Counted from the first letter of the whole stretch, positions 36,893-49,099 are shown. The stretch: 52,024 nt of DNA, filler included, from Squatina squatina (GCA_031763465.1; 3 parts of 3 records of this genome joined end to end with filler, not necessarily neighbours in it), one strand, 5' to 3'. Notes: generated by a model not told the origin, from the sequence alone. Translations and numbers: made by a program.

Positions 36893-37821
36893 TATTAGCT
36901 AATCAGTGGTTTTCTGTTCGTGAATGTGCTGCTGCTCATTTGTTTTGCATTTTACCAAAATATTGTTTATGCTTAACCTTGGACAGGATGGTAGCATTTT
37001 GCATTCTTTTAATAACTCATAAGCCACAGAGTTTTCAAGGAATGCTATTCAGAAAATAAATCACTGTTTGAATCATTGTTTGAACAAACATCCTGCCGTA
37101 AGTTGCAGGTGAACAAGTGACCTACTAATGAGGATGTGTGTCACTGGTGCCCCTTTGATAGAAACAGTGGACTGGGGGTGGAGAATGCCTGCATTTCTCT
37201 GTAAATAACGACCTGCTAATGAAACCTGCGCAGGACTGACATGTTTCAAAGCTGCCTTTCCTTACAATTATTTTCACTGGGTCGTTGATGAAAGAGATAA
37301 ACAGACAATCTCCCACTGTTCTTTTAAAAGATGCATTGTTATTCTGTCACCGAGAATGTGCAAATTTAAATAAGATGGTGTTTTTCGCTACTCCGCTGAG
37401 GCTAGTAATTTCATTCTGGGCAGTTTGATGTGTCTAAAATTATGCATCCTTGTCCCCATTCCCTTTCCTAGCCTGTTCAGGGACGATGACAGATTTAACA
37501 GGTTAAGGGCCAGATCTGTCACCCAAGCTGATTTAGAAGGAGGCTGGGTTAGTGGTGCATTTGAGAAGCAATTACCCTAAATAATGAAGAAGCCTTCAAA
37601 GAAAGTGCAATCAATACATGGAATGAACTTTCATTCAGGATAGTGAAGCGAAAACTCTGCAATCATTTGAAAGGCAATTGGATGCTGTGTTGCAGGCTCT
37701 GAAGGTCACATGGTCCTTTTCATCCATATTTATCTTGTGATTGAGTTGAAGGTTGCACTGTTTCGTATTTGTAACACAATTAGCATTTAATAGGTATTAA
37801 TTCTTTTTTTTTCTTTTACAG

Positions 37822-37878
37822 CTATTGTAGTCAGGTTTCTGACCAAGAGGTTCATCTGGGAATATGACCCCACACTGG
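37822..37878 (+). CDS. RERG: RERG (Ras-like estrogen-regulated growth inhibitor) internal coding exon
   Basis: Strong polypyrimidine acceptor ttttttcttttacAG, donor G|GTGAGT, 57 nt, phase 1 to 1. Encodes (A)IVVRFLTKRFIWEYDPTL(E); IWEYDPTLE is the RERG switch I/G2 segment. Divergent from PTPRO, as in human. Confidence 0.93.
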
Positions 37879-38349
37879 GTGAGTGTCTGTCAGTTATTCC
37901 TATATTAATATTAATGTTCTGTTCATATCAACAGATGATCACTTTAGTTTAGTCGATTCAAGTGACTGGAAGCAAAAGATATACTGAAAGTGTTCAGTTA
38001 GCAAATGTGCTGCTGTTTCATACAGGACAGAATGGCCCTGATATTTGCATGGGATGGTGGAAGTCAGGAAACCTGGAATTGCGGGCAACCCGGAGATCCT
38101 GCTGAATTTATGACAGGACCGCATTTGAATTTGTTTTTTCTCCATCTCCGGGCCGATAGCCATATTGTGATGCTGGCTGACTGTCGGGTTGGAAGGTCAG
38201 CGCTGGAAAGCTGGATACTGGGAGTGGAGAGGAGGGAGGGAGAGATTGTGGGTTAGGGGGAAATCAGAACACCGGTCGGGGGGGGGGGGGAAGATCGGAG
38301 TGCCGNNNNNNNNNNNNNNNNNNNNNNNNNNNNNNNNNNNNNNNNNNNN

Positions 38350-38361
38350 TTAATTAATTAA
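38350..38361. other. Artificial scaffolding linker TTAATTAATTAA
   Basis: Same 44 N + 12 nt + 44 N construction. Confidence 0.95.
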
Positions 38362-39429
38362 NNNNNNNNNNNNNNNNNNNNNNNNNNNNNNNNNNNNNNN
38401 NNNNNCTAGACTGCACTGAGTTGGAAGGTGCCGGTGAAATGTCTGAACTTTTCAATACAATATGAAACACTTATTATCTACAGTTAATGATTATGGTGTT
38501 CATGCAAGCTGTTGCTTTTGAATTGTATATGTTGATGTAGAATTTTTTCAGTTATTCATCTTCCAAGTCTCTGATGTAGATATTCTTGGTGTTGACTATT
38601 CTTGGTAAACTCTTCAATCTTTTTGAAAGAGCTTAGTACTTTGTAACAGATATGTATTTTGTTACGCAAATATATTGCATTGCTTACCTAAAATACTTTT
38701 AGTGGATATCTGACACTAACAAGTTAAAGTGGTGATTTAAGGCTGAATTGGTATTGAACTACAACTAAAATTATCTTTGAGAGAGAACCTGTATGAACTG
38801 CTTTGTAATTAAGTTTTTAGGGCGCATTTAGTCTGATGTGTCAGTGTTTCAAGTTGTACAGTTGTATTCCTGAGACTGTTAGTGACTTCCTCGTAAACGG
38901 ACCATTTTCTACTCCGTAGTGCAAGTGGATATCTGCACAAAATATGCATAACCTGCCAGATCACATTTTTAAAAACTTTTTTTTCAGGAGACAGGTGAAA
39001 AATGTCTCCATTATGACACTTTTTTCTTCAAAAAGCTTTATCCCAGATTGGTAAGGGAAAAATTAAGTTTTTTTAATTATAAAATTCTGTTATCTAAATG
39101 TAACTAATAAACTGATCTCTACTGTGTATTTGACTTTGTACTTTCATGCTGTAAAACAGTGAAACATTTGTCATTTTATTTTGACCCTCTAGCACAAAAC
39201 CATTTGGATTTCAACCGAACGCACCTTTAATGGATTTAGTTTGCCTTGTTTTGATAATCATCACATCTGTGTGTATACAAGACCTGCAAATCATTATTTT
39301 AAATGGGTAAAATTTGGACGTGGTTTTAAAATAATTGAGAGCCTCTATAAATTCACAACTGAATTAATGGGCAGGCTACAACTGTTCACTAATAGCGATA
39401 AACATTTACATGTAAATGTTAGTTGTTGA

Positions 39430-39590
39430 TAAACAGAAAATGTTGGAATTATTCAGCAGGTCAGGCAGCTATGGTCAATCTTTCAGATTTGTGTTTGCTC
39501 TAATGAGAGGTTTTCTCTCTCCATAGATGCTACCTGACCTGAATATTTCTCGCATTTTCTGTTTATATTTTAGATTTCTATCATTTGCGT
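39430..39590. repeat. Short fold-back element made of two inverted Penelope-type termini
   Basis: Left arm AAACAGAAAATGTTGGAATTATTCAGCAGGTCAGGCAGCTATGG is an imperfect reverse complement of the right arm CCATAGATGCTACCTGACCTGAATATTTCTCGCATTTTCTGTTT. Confidence 0.7.
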
Positions 39591-39930
39591 AAATGCCAAT
39601 GTGCTTCGAAGGATAAAAGTGAGTGGCATTAGTGCTCTGCTTAGAATGTTTGGTATCTGAAACATTCTTTGGACTTTCCATTCATCTTTTGTGCTGACAT
39701 TTTTAACACCAATATGAAGCCACTAAGTGAGTCCAGTTTACACTGACTTAGGTAGGTAAAATTGCACATCAAATACTTGATTGGGGCTTATTTTTGAGCC
39801 CATCATAAAGTGTAAATTGAGGCATAAAGTNNNNNNNNNNNNNNNNNNNNNNNNNNNNNNNNNNNNNNNNNNNNNNNNNNNNNNNNNNNNNNNNNNNNNN
39901 NNNNNNNNNNNNNNNNNNNNNNNNNNNNNN

Positions 39931-40330
39931 TCACACAGCATCTTTCTGTGCAAGCGCAGGAGATACAATACCTGCCCTTTTACATCCTCCCTTCCCACTG
40001 TCCAGGGCCACAAACACTCCTTCCAGGTGAGATATCGATTTACTTGTACTCCTTTCAATTTAGTATACTGTATTCACTGCTCACGTTGTGGTCTCCTCTA
40101 CATTGGGGAGATCAAACGCAGATTGGGTGACCGCGTTGCAGAACACCTCCGTTCAGTCCGTAAGCGTGATCCTGAGCTTCCTGTCGCCTGTCACTTTAAT
40201 TCTCCGCTTCATTCCCACTCTGATCTCTCTGTCTTTGGCCTCTTAGGCTGTTCCAATGAAGCGCAACATAAGCTCGCACTTTACAGCCTTGCAGAGTTCA
40301 ACCATTTCGGATCATAACCTCTGCCTTTTT
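39931..40330 (+). mobile_element. Penelope-like element, GIY-YIG endonuclease region
   Basis: CKRRRYNTCPF...FTCTPFNLVYCIHCSRCGLLYIGEIKRRLGDRVAEHLRSVRK...PVACHFNS: the VY/YIG motifs and Cys/His pattern of PLE endonucleases. Degenerates after about 40270. Confidence 0.9.
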
Positions 40331-40554
40331 TTTTATTCATTGAGTTATTTTCAGCTTTTGTTTCCCTCCAACAGTTGTTGCATTCCCTATTTACACCCGA
40401 TCCAGATAAATCTTTTCTTTCGTAACTGGTCAGAACCATCACCTTTTGCCTTGCNNNNNNNNNNNNNNNNNNNNNNNNNNNNNNNNNNNNNNNNNNNNNN
40501 NNNNNNNNNNNNNNNNNNNNNNNNNNNNNNNNNNNNNNNNNNNNNNNNNNNNNN

Positions 40555-40952
40555 AGGATGGCGTGTAACTTGGAGGGGAACTTAGAGGTGGTGCTACTTC
40601 CACACGCCTGCTGCCCTTGTAGATGGTAGAGTTTTGGGAGGTGCTGCCTAAGAAGCCTTGGTGAGTTGCTGCAGTGCATCTTGTAGATGGTACTCACTGC
40701 AGCCACACTGCACCGGTGGTGCAGGGAGTGAATGTTTAAGGTCGTGGAAGGGGTGCCATCAAGCGGACTGCTTTGTCCTGGATGGTGTTGAGCTCCTTGA
40801 GTGTTGTTGGAGCATCCAGGCAAGTGGAGAGTATTCCATCACACTCCTTACTTGTGCCTTGTCGATGGTGGAAAGGCTTTGGTGAGTTAGGAGATGAGAC
40901 ACTCGCCGCAGAATACCCAGCCTCTGACCTATTCTTGTGGCCACAGTGTTTA
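40555..40952 (-). mobile_element. Non-LTR retrotransposon ORF2 C-terminal fragment (CR1/L2-related group, clade not resolved)
   Basis: GQRLGILRRVSHLLTHQSLSTIDKAQVRSVMEYSPLAW and NIHSLHHRCSVAAVSTIYKMHC. Confidence 0.8.
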
Positions 40953-41269
40953 TGATCTATGATTCTAACTTGTTTCAGAAGCTATCACTGAATATATTTG
41001 CTATATCAGTTTCCACTGCCTGCCAGCAGCTAGAGATCCAAACAGAGAAAGAGAAAAGGAGATTTTGTGAACAGCCCAGTGTTGAGTAGAAGAGATATTC
41101 AAATTTAAATCTAATTCTACTGGATGGGTTTAGAGATGGATGGCTTTGGAGTTGCACACCTTGTAGCTTTCAGATAGCACGGTAGGATAAATGTTGGAGC
41201 AGTGACCTCAGAGCATTGAGTGTTAAGCTTGCTGAAATCATGCCAAGCCAGTCTCATGGGATTTCCTGA

Positions 41270-41500
41270 AATTGGCCCTATTAGCGATTCATGGCAAGCT
41301 CCCAACCTGAATTGAGTTGATTTGTGGGAGCTTGTTGTCAGCAGGAGGCAGGAAATAGTATGCAGCTACAGCTCTTAAAGGCTGCAGCTGCTATTTAAAG
41401 CAGCTGCTTCTGTTGCCAGGAACAAAAAGAGAAATGCGCAGATCACCTGTAGTTTCTGAGGCCTGTTTGGAAGGGCTTGTGGAAGAAGTTCAGCAAAAGC
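41270..41500 (+). mobile_element. Possible Harbinger Myb/SANT ORF 5' relic
   Basis: A TATTTAAA box is followed by RSPVVSEACLEGLVEEVQQK, resembling the N-terminal helix (RxxxFSxxxLExLVEEV) of Myb/SANT-like Harbinger proteins. Confidence 0.4.
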
Positions 41501-41836
41501 ATCCCAGAAACAGGCTTGATGGACCAGCTGGTCTTTACCTGTCCATAATATTTGTTTGTTTGTGTGCTAGTAGTTTCAGGAAGTCTGCCACATAAGGCAA
41601 CGTAGCATTACACTATATTGAGTAGAGGGATAAAGTTTCAAAAAAGTTTTCTGATGAAGGGCACACATCTGAAATATCAGCAGAATAATGGATGAGAGTA
41701 GGCTGTTCAGCCCATCACACTGCCTTGTCCATAAATCACAAACAATCCACCTATCAAGGGTTCTACCCCACATCTTTAAACCCCTGAGGGAAAGTTCTGT
41801 ATAGATGCTATTGATTTAAAAAGTTAGCAAAACATC

Positions 41837-42790
41837 TGGGGTTGAAATTCAGTAGCGCTTTTGTTAAGGTGTTGCAAAAATGTTTGCGCCTTAATAGCAC
41901 CTAGACCCAGAGGTGCAACGATGTCGAAAAATTCGGTATTTAAAAAAAAGTTTTCAGAAGAGGCTTTTTCGGGAGGCGCTAAGTCGGGACTTAAGGCGCA
42001 ATATGCAGAGGCGACCTGCTGGCTGCGGAGGCAAGGCGCACACGCACCATTCCATGGCCCTGTCTTGACATTGCTACAAATCACTTCAGACACAAAAAAT
42101 GAATGCTGATTCCAGGAAATCATGACTGTCTGATGGTAACAGTGCTGAGCAACGGGGAGCAGACAAGCCTGTAGGAGAGCAGGCCTCCTTCAAGAAGATC
42201 TGAGGCCACTCAAGGAGAAAATGTCAGAGTTCATCTGACAGCTCGCTGAAGTGGCTGAAGCCAGACTCAAGAAGCTGAGACCTGAGTGAGTGGTGAAGTT
42301 AAGGGCAATCACTCCTGAATGCAGTAACCTCTTACAACTGACTCAGCTGGTTGTTCAATTAACCTCCACTGAAGCCAGCAGCCTTCCACCTGCCATGCTG
42401 CAGCCACTGGGGTAGCACTGCGTGACATCAGTACGATAAAGGCACACATGTGACAGTCACTAAGAGAATGCGTAAGGGTGATGAGTTGATTTCTTGATGC
42501 CATATTGGATGGATAGATGGATAAAGTTGGATTGGAAAGTTTGCTTTTTGGTGGTTTTTATTTCAGCATTGGGGCAAAAGGACACTGTGATGGTCAGTGG
42601 CAGAAAGAAGGTAATGTGTAGGACAAGTATTGAAAGGCGAATTGGGGTTGTGGTCACTAGTATCACAGGTGGATGATTCCTCCCAGATATCCCAGCCAGA
42701 AAGGGGTTGTCGGGGTTGCATCCTTCCTTCTGCTTCCTCCTCTTCAACTTCCTCTTCTGTGTCTTCCTCTTCCGTCTGCAAGTGGATGCT
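41837..42790. mobile_element. Harbinger-derived fragment(s): TIR-like start, companion ORF end and acidic transposase tail
   Basis: Starts GGGGTTGAAATT. Homologous to 35960-36115. Minus strand EEEDTEEEVEEEEAEGR resembles acidic Harbinger transposase C-termini. Confidence 0.5.
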
Positions 42791-43039
42791 GTAAATATGA
42801 AATGACAGCATAAAATACTGGAAATACTCAGCAGGTCAGGCAGCTTCTCGACCTGAGATGTGACCTCTGGTCGGAATTTTCACTTCAGCATCGGGGTCAG
42901 TGCATGCAGGCCGTGTAGTGGGTCTGAAACGTGATGTTCCAAGCAATGCGCTGCTCAGAGCGACTTTCACTCAACGACCTCAATTGAAAGAATCATGCAC
43001 GTTTGCCGACCCTATTCAATGATGCAGGTCCGATGACTT

Positions 43040-43190
43040 GTTTTTTTTAAATTCGTTCTTGGGATGTGGGCGTCGCTGGCAAGGCCAGCAATTATTGCCC
43101 ATCCCTAGTTGTCCTTGAGCAGGTGGTGATGAGCCGCCTTCTTGAACCGCTGCAGTCCTTGTGGTGAAGGAACTCCCACAGTGCTGTTAG
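43040..43190 (-). mobile_element. LINE 3' end, probably the same family as 40555-40952
   Basis: NSTVGVPSPQGLQRFKKAAHHHLLK plus a short 3' UTR. A second copy lies at about 10928-11031. Confidence 0.7.
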
Positions 43191-43850
43191 NNNNNNNNNN
43201 NNNNNNNNNNNNNNNNNNNNNNNNNNNNNNNNNNNNNNNNNNNNNNNNNNNNNNNNNNNNNNNNNNNNNNNNNNNNNNNNNNNNNNNNNNNNNNNNNNNN
43301 NNNNNNNNNNNNNNNNNNNNNNNNNNNNNNNNNNNNNNNNNNNNNNNNNNNNNNNNNNNNNNNNNNNNNNNNNNNNNNNNNNNNNNNNNNNNNNNNNNNN
43401 NNNNNNNNNNNNNNNNNNNNNNNNNNNNNNNNNNNNNNNNNNNNNNNNNNNNNNNNNNNNNNNNNNNNNNNNNNNNNNNNNNNNNNNNNNNNNNNNNNNN
43501 NNNNNNNNNNNNNNNNNNNNNNNNNNNNNNNNNNNNNNNNNNNNNNNNNNNNNNNNNNNNNNNNNNNNNNNNNNNNNNNNNNNNNNNNNNNNNNNNNNNN
43601 NNNNNNNNNNNNNNNNNNNNNNNNNNNNNNNNNNNNNNNNNNNNNNNNNNNNNNNNNNNNNNNNNNNNNNNNNNNNNNNNNNNNNNNNNNNNNNNNNNNN
43701 NNNNNNNNNNNNNNNNNNNNNNNNNNNNNNNNNNNNNNNNNNNNNNNNNNNNNNNNNNNNNNNNNNNNNNNNNNNNNNNNNNNNNNNNNNNNNNNNNNNN
43801 NNNNNNNNNNNNNNNNNNNNNNNNNNNNNNNNNNNNNNNNNNNNNNNNNN
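43191..43850. other. 660-N assembly gap
   Basis: The only long non-standard gap. It separates the PTPRO/RERG block from the ALKBH8 contig. Confidence 0.95.
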
Positions 43851-44289
43851 GTGGCTTTGAAAGTATGTTGGCTTTGTTAATTTTACCAATTAAAATAAGC
43901 CCCACAGGCATAAATCTGGTTATACTAAAGGAAAGAGATTAATGTAAGTAATTAATGAGATAGTCTCTTTTCTTGTAGTTCCTGCCAGGAAGTGGTCTAC
44001 CTACTGCTGGCATTGGGTTCCATGGGAACAGGCAACGTAAATTTGGTCTGAAAGCTTACTTCAGGTAACTGCGCTACTGAGCGATGTTAATCAGTGCATG
44101 ACCCACTTTCCACATAGCACAGTAGCAGAAATGCAGTTTTGGTCAGCCCAAAGATATTTTGGCCACCAGTACCAAATGAATGGAGAATTTTCACCAGCCG
44201 TTGAAACTATGGAATCCTCCCCACCACTCCTTCAAGGATAAATGTAAAAAGCTAAACTGTCTTGCTTATAGTTTTGTTTCTGTAATTAG

Positions 44290-44394
44290 ATCTTCCTGAA
44301 ATTTGTGACCCATTCTTGGAGAAATGCTTGAAGCAGGGATATATCAAACATAAACCTGATCAACTAACTGTAAATCAGTATGAACCTGGACAAG
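44290..44394 (+). CDS. ALKBH8: ALKBH8 (AlkB homolog 8, tRNA methyltransferase/dioxygenase) internal exon in the AlkB domain
   Basis: Acceptor ttttgtttctgtaattAG, donor G|GTAAGT, 105 nt, phase 1 to 1. Encodes [34 protein letters not shown](G), versus recalled human [35 protein letters not shown]. Confidence 0.93.
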
Positions 44395-47321
44395 GTAAGT
44401 TAATTTGCCCTTCTAAAATTTTGAGCTCTTGACCTTACATTGTAGTTTAACNNNNNNNNNNNNNNNNNNNNNNNNNNNNNNNNNNNNNNNNNNNNNNNNN
44501 NNNNNNNNNNNNNNNNNNNNNNNNNNNNNNNNNNNNNNNNNNNNNNNNNNNTGGTCAAGCTCTTAAGTGGGACTTGAACCAACAATCTTCTGAGTTTTCT
44601 GTCCTCCCCTTCTGGTAACACTTACTCCTTGCTCGGGTAAGGTTCCACAACCACTGGAGCCCCCTGTGATACCTTGCGTAAATTACCATTCTTAATGCGT
44701 GAACCTTGTCAGTGAATGTCAGCAGGCTATTCAACCACGTGTGGTCACCACATCTGAGCCCATTCATATCTGTAACAGAGGTCCATACATACAGCAGGAA
44801 TCGTTGAATAGCAGTTGAAAACAGTCCGATTTTCAATTCCTAACTCCGGGACTCAGAGCCCAGTTGGACTGACACTACTTCTTGACTGAGATCAGTTCAG
44901 TATAGATCAGGGATTGAATTGAATCTGACATCTTTCAGGTCTTTCTGGCTCGCTAGATAAATTCTCTGAGCCACTATGGGAACTATGATATTTTTAAATC
45001 AATAGCTAAAAGTACAAATTTGCTTATGAGGCAGCATCTAGAATTTAGAATCTAGTAAATCAAACTGAGAAAGAAATAAAGAGAAAATCCAATAAATGCA
45101 TAGACGATTAATCAGTATTTGAATAAAGAGATGGGTTAACATTTCAGATGTAGACCCTTTTCCAGGACTGATATAGGTTTTACACCCAAAACATTAATCT
45201 AGCTTTTCTCTTTACTTTTTTTTTAAGCATTTGTACATTGTTTTTTGTAAGAGATCAGAAGAACAAATAAATTTGATTGTACTTCTGTAAGTGTACTGCT
45301 GTGTTATTCAAATTAATTCAGGACAGATGCATTCAATTTTATTAAAAGACTGAGCTATGAAAAATATATATAACTTTACACTAGGTCTGGGCTGGAAGCA
45401 CTCTGCCTTGAACTGCATCAAAAAAAATTTAAAAAATAAATATACAATGCAAGTTGCAGAAATCTTAAAAACTTTACTTAGATGCAACCAATAGACAGAA
45501 ACATCATGTTCTGAGAACTGCAACACCTTTATAAAGGTTACAGCATTAAATCTTCACAATGTGCTCTTCAGTTGTAAGTTCAGGACAGCAATTTTTACAG
45601 GTTATATATCACCTATTCACTTTGTTTAGTAATTTAAAAAACTGTCAGTTTCAATTAACAGCATAACTATTGAACTCCATATATACATGTCACAATTCAT
45701 GTTCTGCTCAGTAAATTATGTGCAAAAGCAATTAAAAACTCATTATTACGAGATATGTACTTATATACGATATGTTCACATGTAAGTAAAAGACCTTTTT
45801 AGGAATGATACAAAGTATGATTGTGAAGAGCTTAGGCACAGTGTGCACCATTAATGAACACATTTAATATTCAATCCCAACAGAAATTCAAAAAACACAG
45901 CATTTGCTGCTCATGTTTTTTTACACAACTAACGTGCAAAATATCGTAGTGCAGCCTGGCAAAGCTTCCATTCCGAGTTTAAACATCACTTTTTTTTAGT
46001 CACCTTAAACACATCTTAAAAGTTAAGTAATTTTGTACCACATCCATTAACAATTTAAAATAAAAAGTCAGATCTTTATAAAACAAAACAAAATAATGTG
46101 TAGACGAAATGTGAGCATTTATATTTCATTAGGATTTGTTGCTCAATGTCCATGTCCAGCAATGAGCAATTATTTTGTTAAGAACATTCTGGATAAATTT
46201 ATGGGACCCTCAACATAAGGTTACAGTGTTATTGAGCCTCTTCTGTTTTACAAATTTGGCTTTGGTTAAACTTTCAAATTTGAAATGGTTTGAATTTATT
46301 TGCACCCTATCGTATCCTATGGGAACTCTTTCCCACAAGTTAATGAGGCACCAGTGTAAGCTCTTTGCTGTTATTTCTGGCACACACAATTTTGACTTCT
46401 AGGCATATATCTCTTACTGGGCTCCATTTTTTTCTTCAGTAGTCCATTGCAAATAATAAATAAGAGGAAATACATCATCCCTTTTAATTTGGGAGCCAAG
46501 GTAAGGTCTGCCAAAGTTAATACAAAACAATCTTAAGTAATGATCAGCAAAAGTATATAAAATTTCATGGAGCATGAATGCACATTATCCTGAGTTAGCT
46601 CATGTTGGCTGAGCCTGTGCCAACTGATTATGTTTCAACTAGGTACAGCACATCCATAGCAGCAAACAGTTTGGTGTATATAATATATTTATATGTATAT
46701 ATATATGATTGAAGTTAAGAATTGTATCTGTAAGCTATTGACCCCAAGGTATCTGAAGAGACTTAACAGTGTGTAATAATGGATTATTGCACAGTTGAGG
46801 TCATAGCAATGACGTGAATNNNNNNNNNNNNNNNNNNNNNNNNNNNNNNNNNNNNNNNNNNNNNNNNNNNNNNNNNNNNNNNNNNNNNNNNNNNNNNNNN
46901 NNNNNNNNNNNNNNNNNNNACTTTTAATAAAGGTCTAAATGGGTAGCGTGAATTACCAGATAGGAATAACCTTTAATAAGAATAAAATAAGCTGAGTGAA
47001 AGTCAGTACACCTTTAAACAGTAAATTGTTTATGAGATTTTTTTCAGGGAGGATGATTACCTTCAAGGGATAGTTTGTTCTGAAAGCCAAAAGATATAAA
47101 CAGCGTTTTCCTGCTATTTATGTGTGTAATAAAATAAAGATTTATTTATTTATTTAGTGCCCTTTCAAACATCCTTTTTGATAGATTCATTTCTGCACAT
47201 TTCAAAGTGCCGTGAGCAGCCGGAAATATTTTTACATTGAGTTTGACTACAGCTGAAAAAAATCTTATTGAACAGAGTATCCATCTGATAATATCTGTAA
47301 AATTTTACATTAAAACTATAT

Positions 47322-47466
47322 GAAACAGAAAATGCTGAGAATACATAGAGGCCTGTCTGGTAGAAGGCTTAAGTTCATTCTGACAAAAGGTCTTTACCTC
47401 CACTAATAACCAGCTTTTCTCTTTTCGGATGCAACTGGGCCTGCTCTGTGTTTCAGCGTTCTCTGT
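47322..47466. repeat. Second fold-back Penelope-type element, more diverged
   Basis: Inverted arms ACAGAAAATGCTGAGAATACATAGAGGCCT and GGGCCTGCTCTGTGTTTCAGCGTTCTCTGT, with internal TTCTGACAAAAGGTC. Confidence 0.55.
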
Positions 47467-47692
47467 CCGAGCCTTGGTTCAGTGGTTGGACTCTCACATA
47501 AGAGTCATAAAGGTCATGTCCAGTCCAAAGACTGGAGCACATAATTTGAGCCGACAATTCAATGCAGTACTGAGGGGGTGCTGGACTGTCAGNNNNNNNN
47601 NNNNNNNNNNNNNNNNNNNNNNNNNNNNNNNNNNNNNNNNNNNNNNNNNNNNNNNNNNNNNNNNNNNNNNNNNNNNNNNNNNNNNNNNNNNN

Positions 47693-47768
47693 TTGAATGG
47701 CGGTGCAGGCTCGAAGGGCTGAATGGCCTACTCCTGCACCTATTTTTCTATGTTTCTATGTTTCTATC
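47693..47768 (+). mobile_element. CR1-type 3' terminus with (TTCTATGT)n tail
   Basis: Near-identical to 1421-1493. Confidence 0.8.
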
Positions 47769-48369
47769 ACAATGGGTGCATGAATAGATTTTGGCTTACC
47801 TGACCACCGCAGCCTTTAATTAGCGCTCCCCAAGCAGCCGGCCGAGGTGACAACGGCTCCTGCAACTGCCGCTGTTGATGTCCGGCGATGCTGTGGGGGG
47901 GGCGCAAGTGAATTTTGCATCCAGAGCGATAGCGGGGTGCTACGTACCAGATGGCATCAGGATCTCCGGGGCTAACCCGCCATGGAAGTTCGCGGGTGTC
48001 GGTAATTTCGCCGCGCCCGGTCAGTAAGCCCCATGTGCCCTGTTATTCTTCCCCCGAAGCCCATTTCTCCCCCTTACTATTGAAGGTGCATTTCCTTTCT
48101 ATATTTCTACTTGTTTACATGTGTTACTTCATATTTTTCTACACTGAACTATGTTTGCCTCTCTGCCCATCCTACTAGACAGTCTTTCACAATGTTAGTC
48201 ACAGTTTGCTATAATCTCTATTTTGGTGTGATCAATAACACAGAACCCATGGAACACCACTCAGAAGACTTTTCCATGTCAAGAAATTTCCTTTTAAACC
48301 TACCCTTTGCCTTCTCTCTACCAACCATCTCTTACTCTATGTGGCCACATTTCCTTTAATTTCATGTTC

Positions 48370-48855
48370 CATTATCTTTGCCGTAAGTCTCTTATGTTGT
48401 ACTTTGCCAAATGCTCTTTAAAATCCATATAAACTACATCCACAGTGTTTCCTTTATCTGTCCTTTCTGTTATTTCTTCAAAGAATTCTATAAAATTAGT
48501 CAAGCATGACTTCCATTTAAGGAACTCACGCTGACTGGTCCTCATTACTAATGTTTCACCAACTTTCCTATCCACAAAATTTTGGAAAATTATAGTCAGA
48601 ACCTCATTATTTCATTCCTTGCTTCACTCAGAATTCTTAGATGTAAACTGCCATGTCCCAATGATTTGAGTAAGTTCTTTAACACCATCCCTCTTTGAAT
48701 AATAACTTCTGGTTCTACACCCAACCCTGGTTGTGTAACAATTACAATATCCACTTCCTCTGTGAAAACTGAGGCAAAGTATTTATTTAGTATTTCTGTC
48801 ATTCCTTCACACTCCAGTACATGCTTACATTCTTCATCTCTTAGTGGCCCCAATA
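48370..48855 (-). mobile_element. CR1 LINE reverse-transcriptase fragment
   Basis: EILNKYFASVFTEE and KSCLTNFIEFFEEITERTDKGNTVDVVYMDF, canonical CR1 RT motifs, frameshifted. Confidence 0.9.
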
Positions 48856-49099
48856 GTGGCAGCTTGTGTTTTACAAGTCTTTAATGCATGTTTTAAAATA
48901 TATGCCAGTAACAAAAAAAAATTATTTCGCAAAATGTTAATCACTTCAGCCTGTGACATGGTTAAACTAGCAGGATAAAGGAAACATTTCGTGTAGCCAG
49001 TTGAATGTTTGGCTCTCAACCAGGTATTTCTCAGATTGTGCCCCAAGCCTGCCTGTCACTGAAGCCTAACTGTCATAGTGGGGAAAGTGCCAGAGGTCT

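Noticed and set aside
43092-43942. ORFs of about 265 aa
   Set aside because: They are almost entirely N. The same applies to all X-containing ORFs bridging gaps.
43979-44070. Possible additional ALKBH8 exon upstream of 44290
   Set aside because: It has acceptor- and donor-like sites, but no frame resembles the expected preceding ALKBH8 peptide (LKHRRVKHFGYEF).
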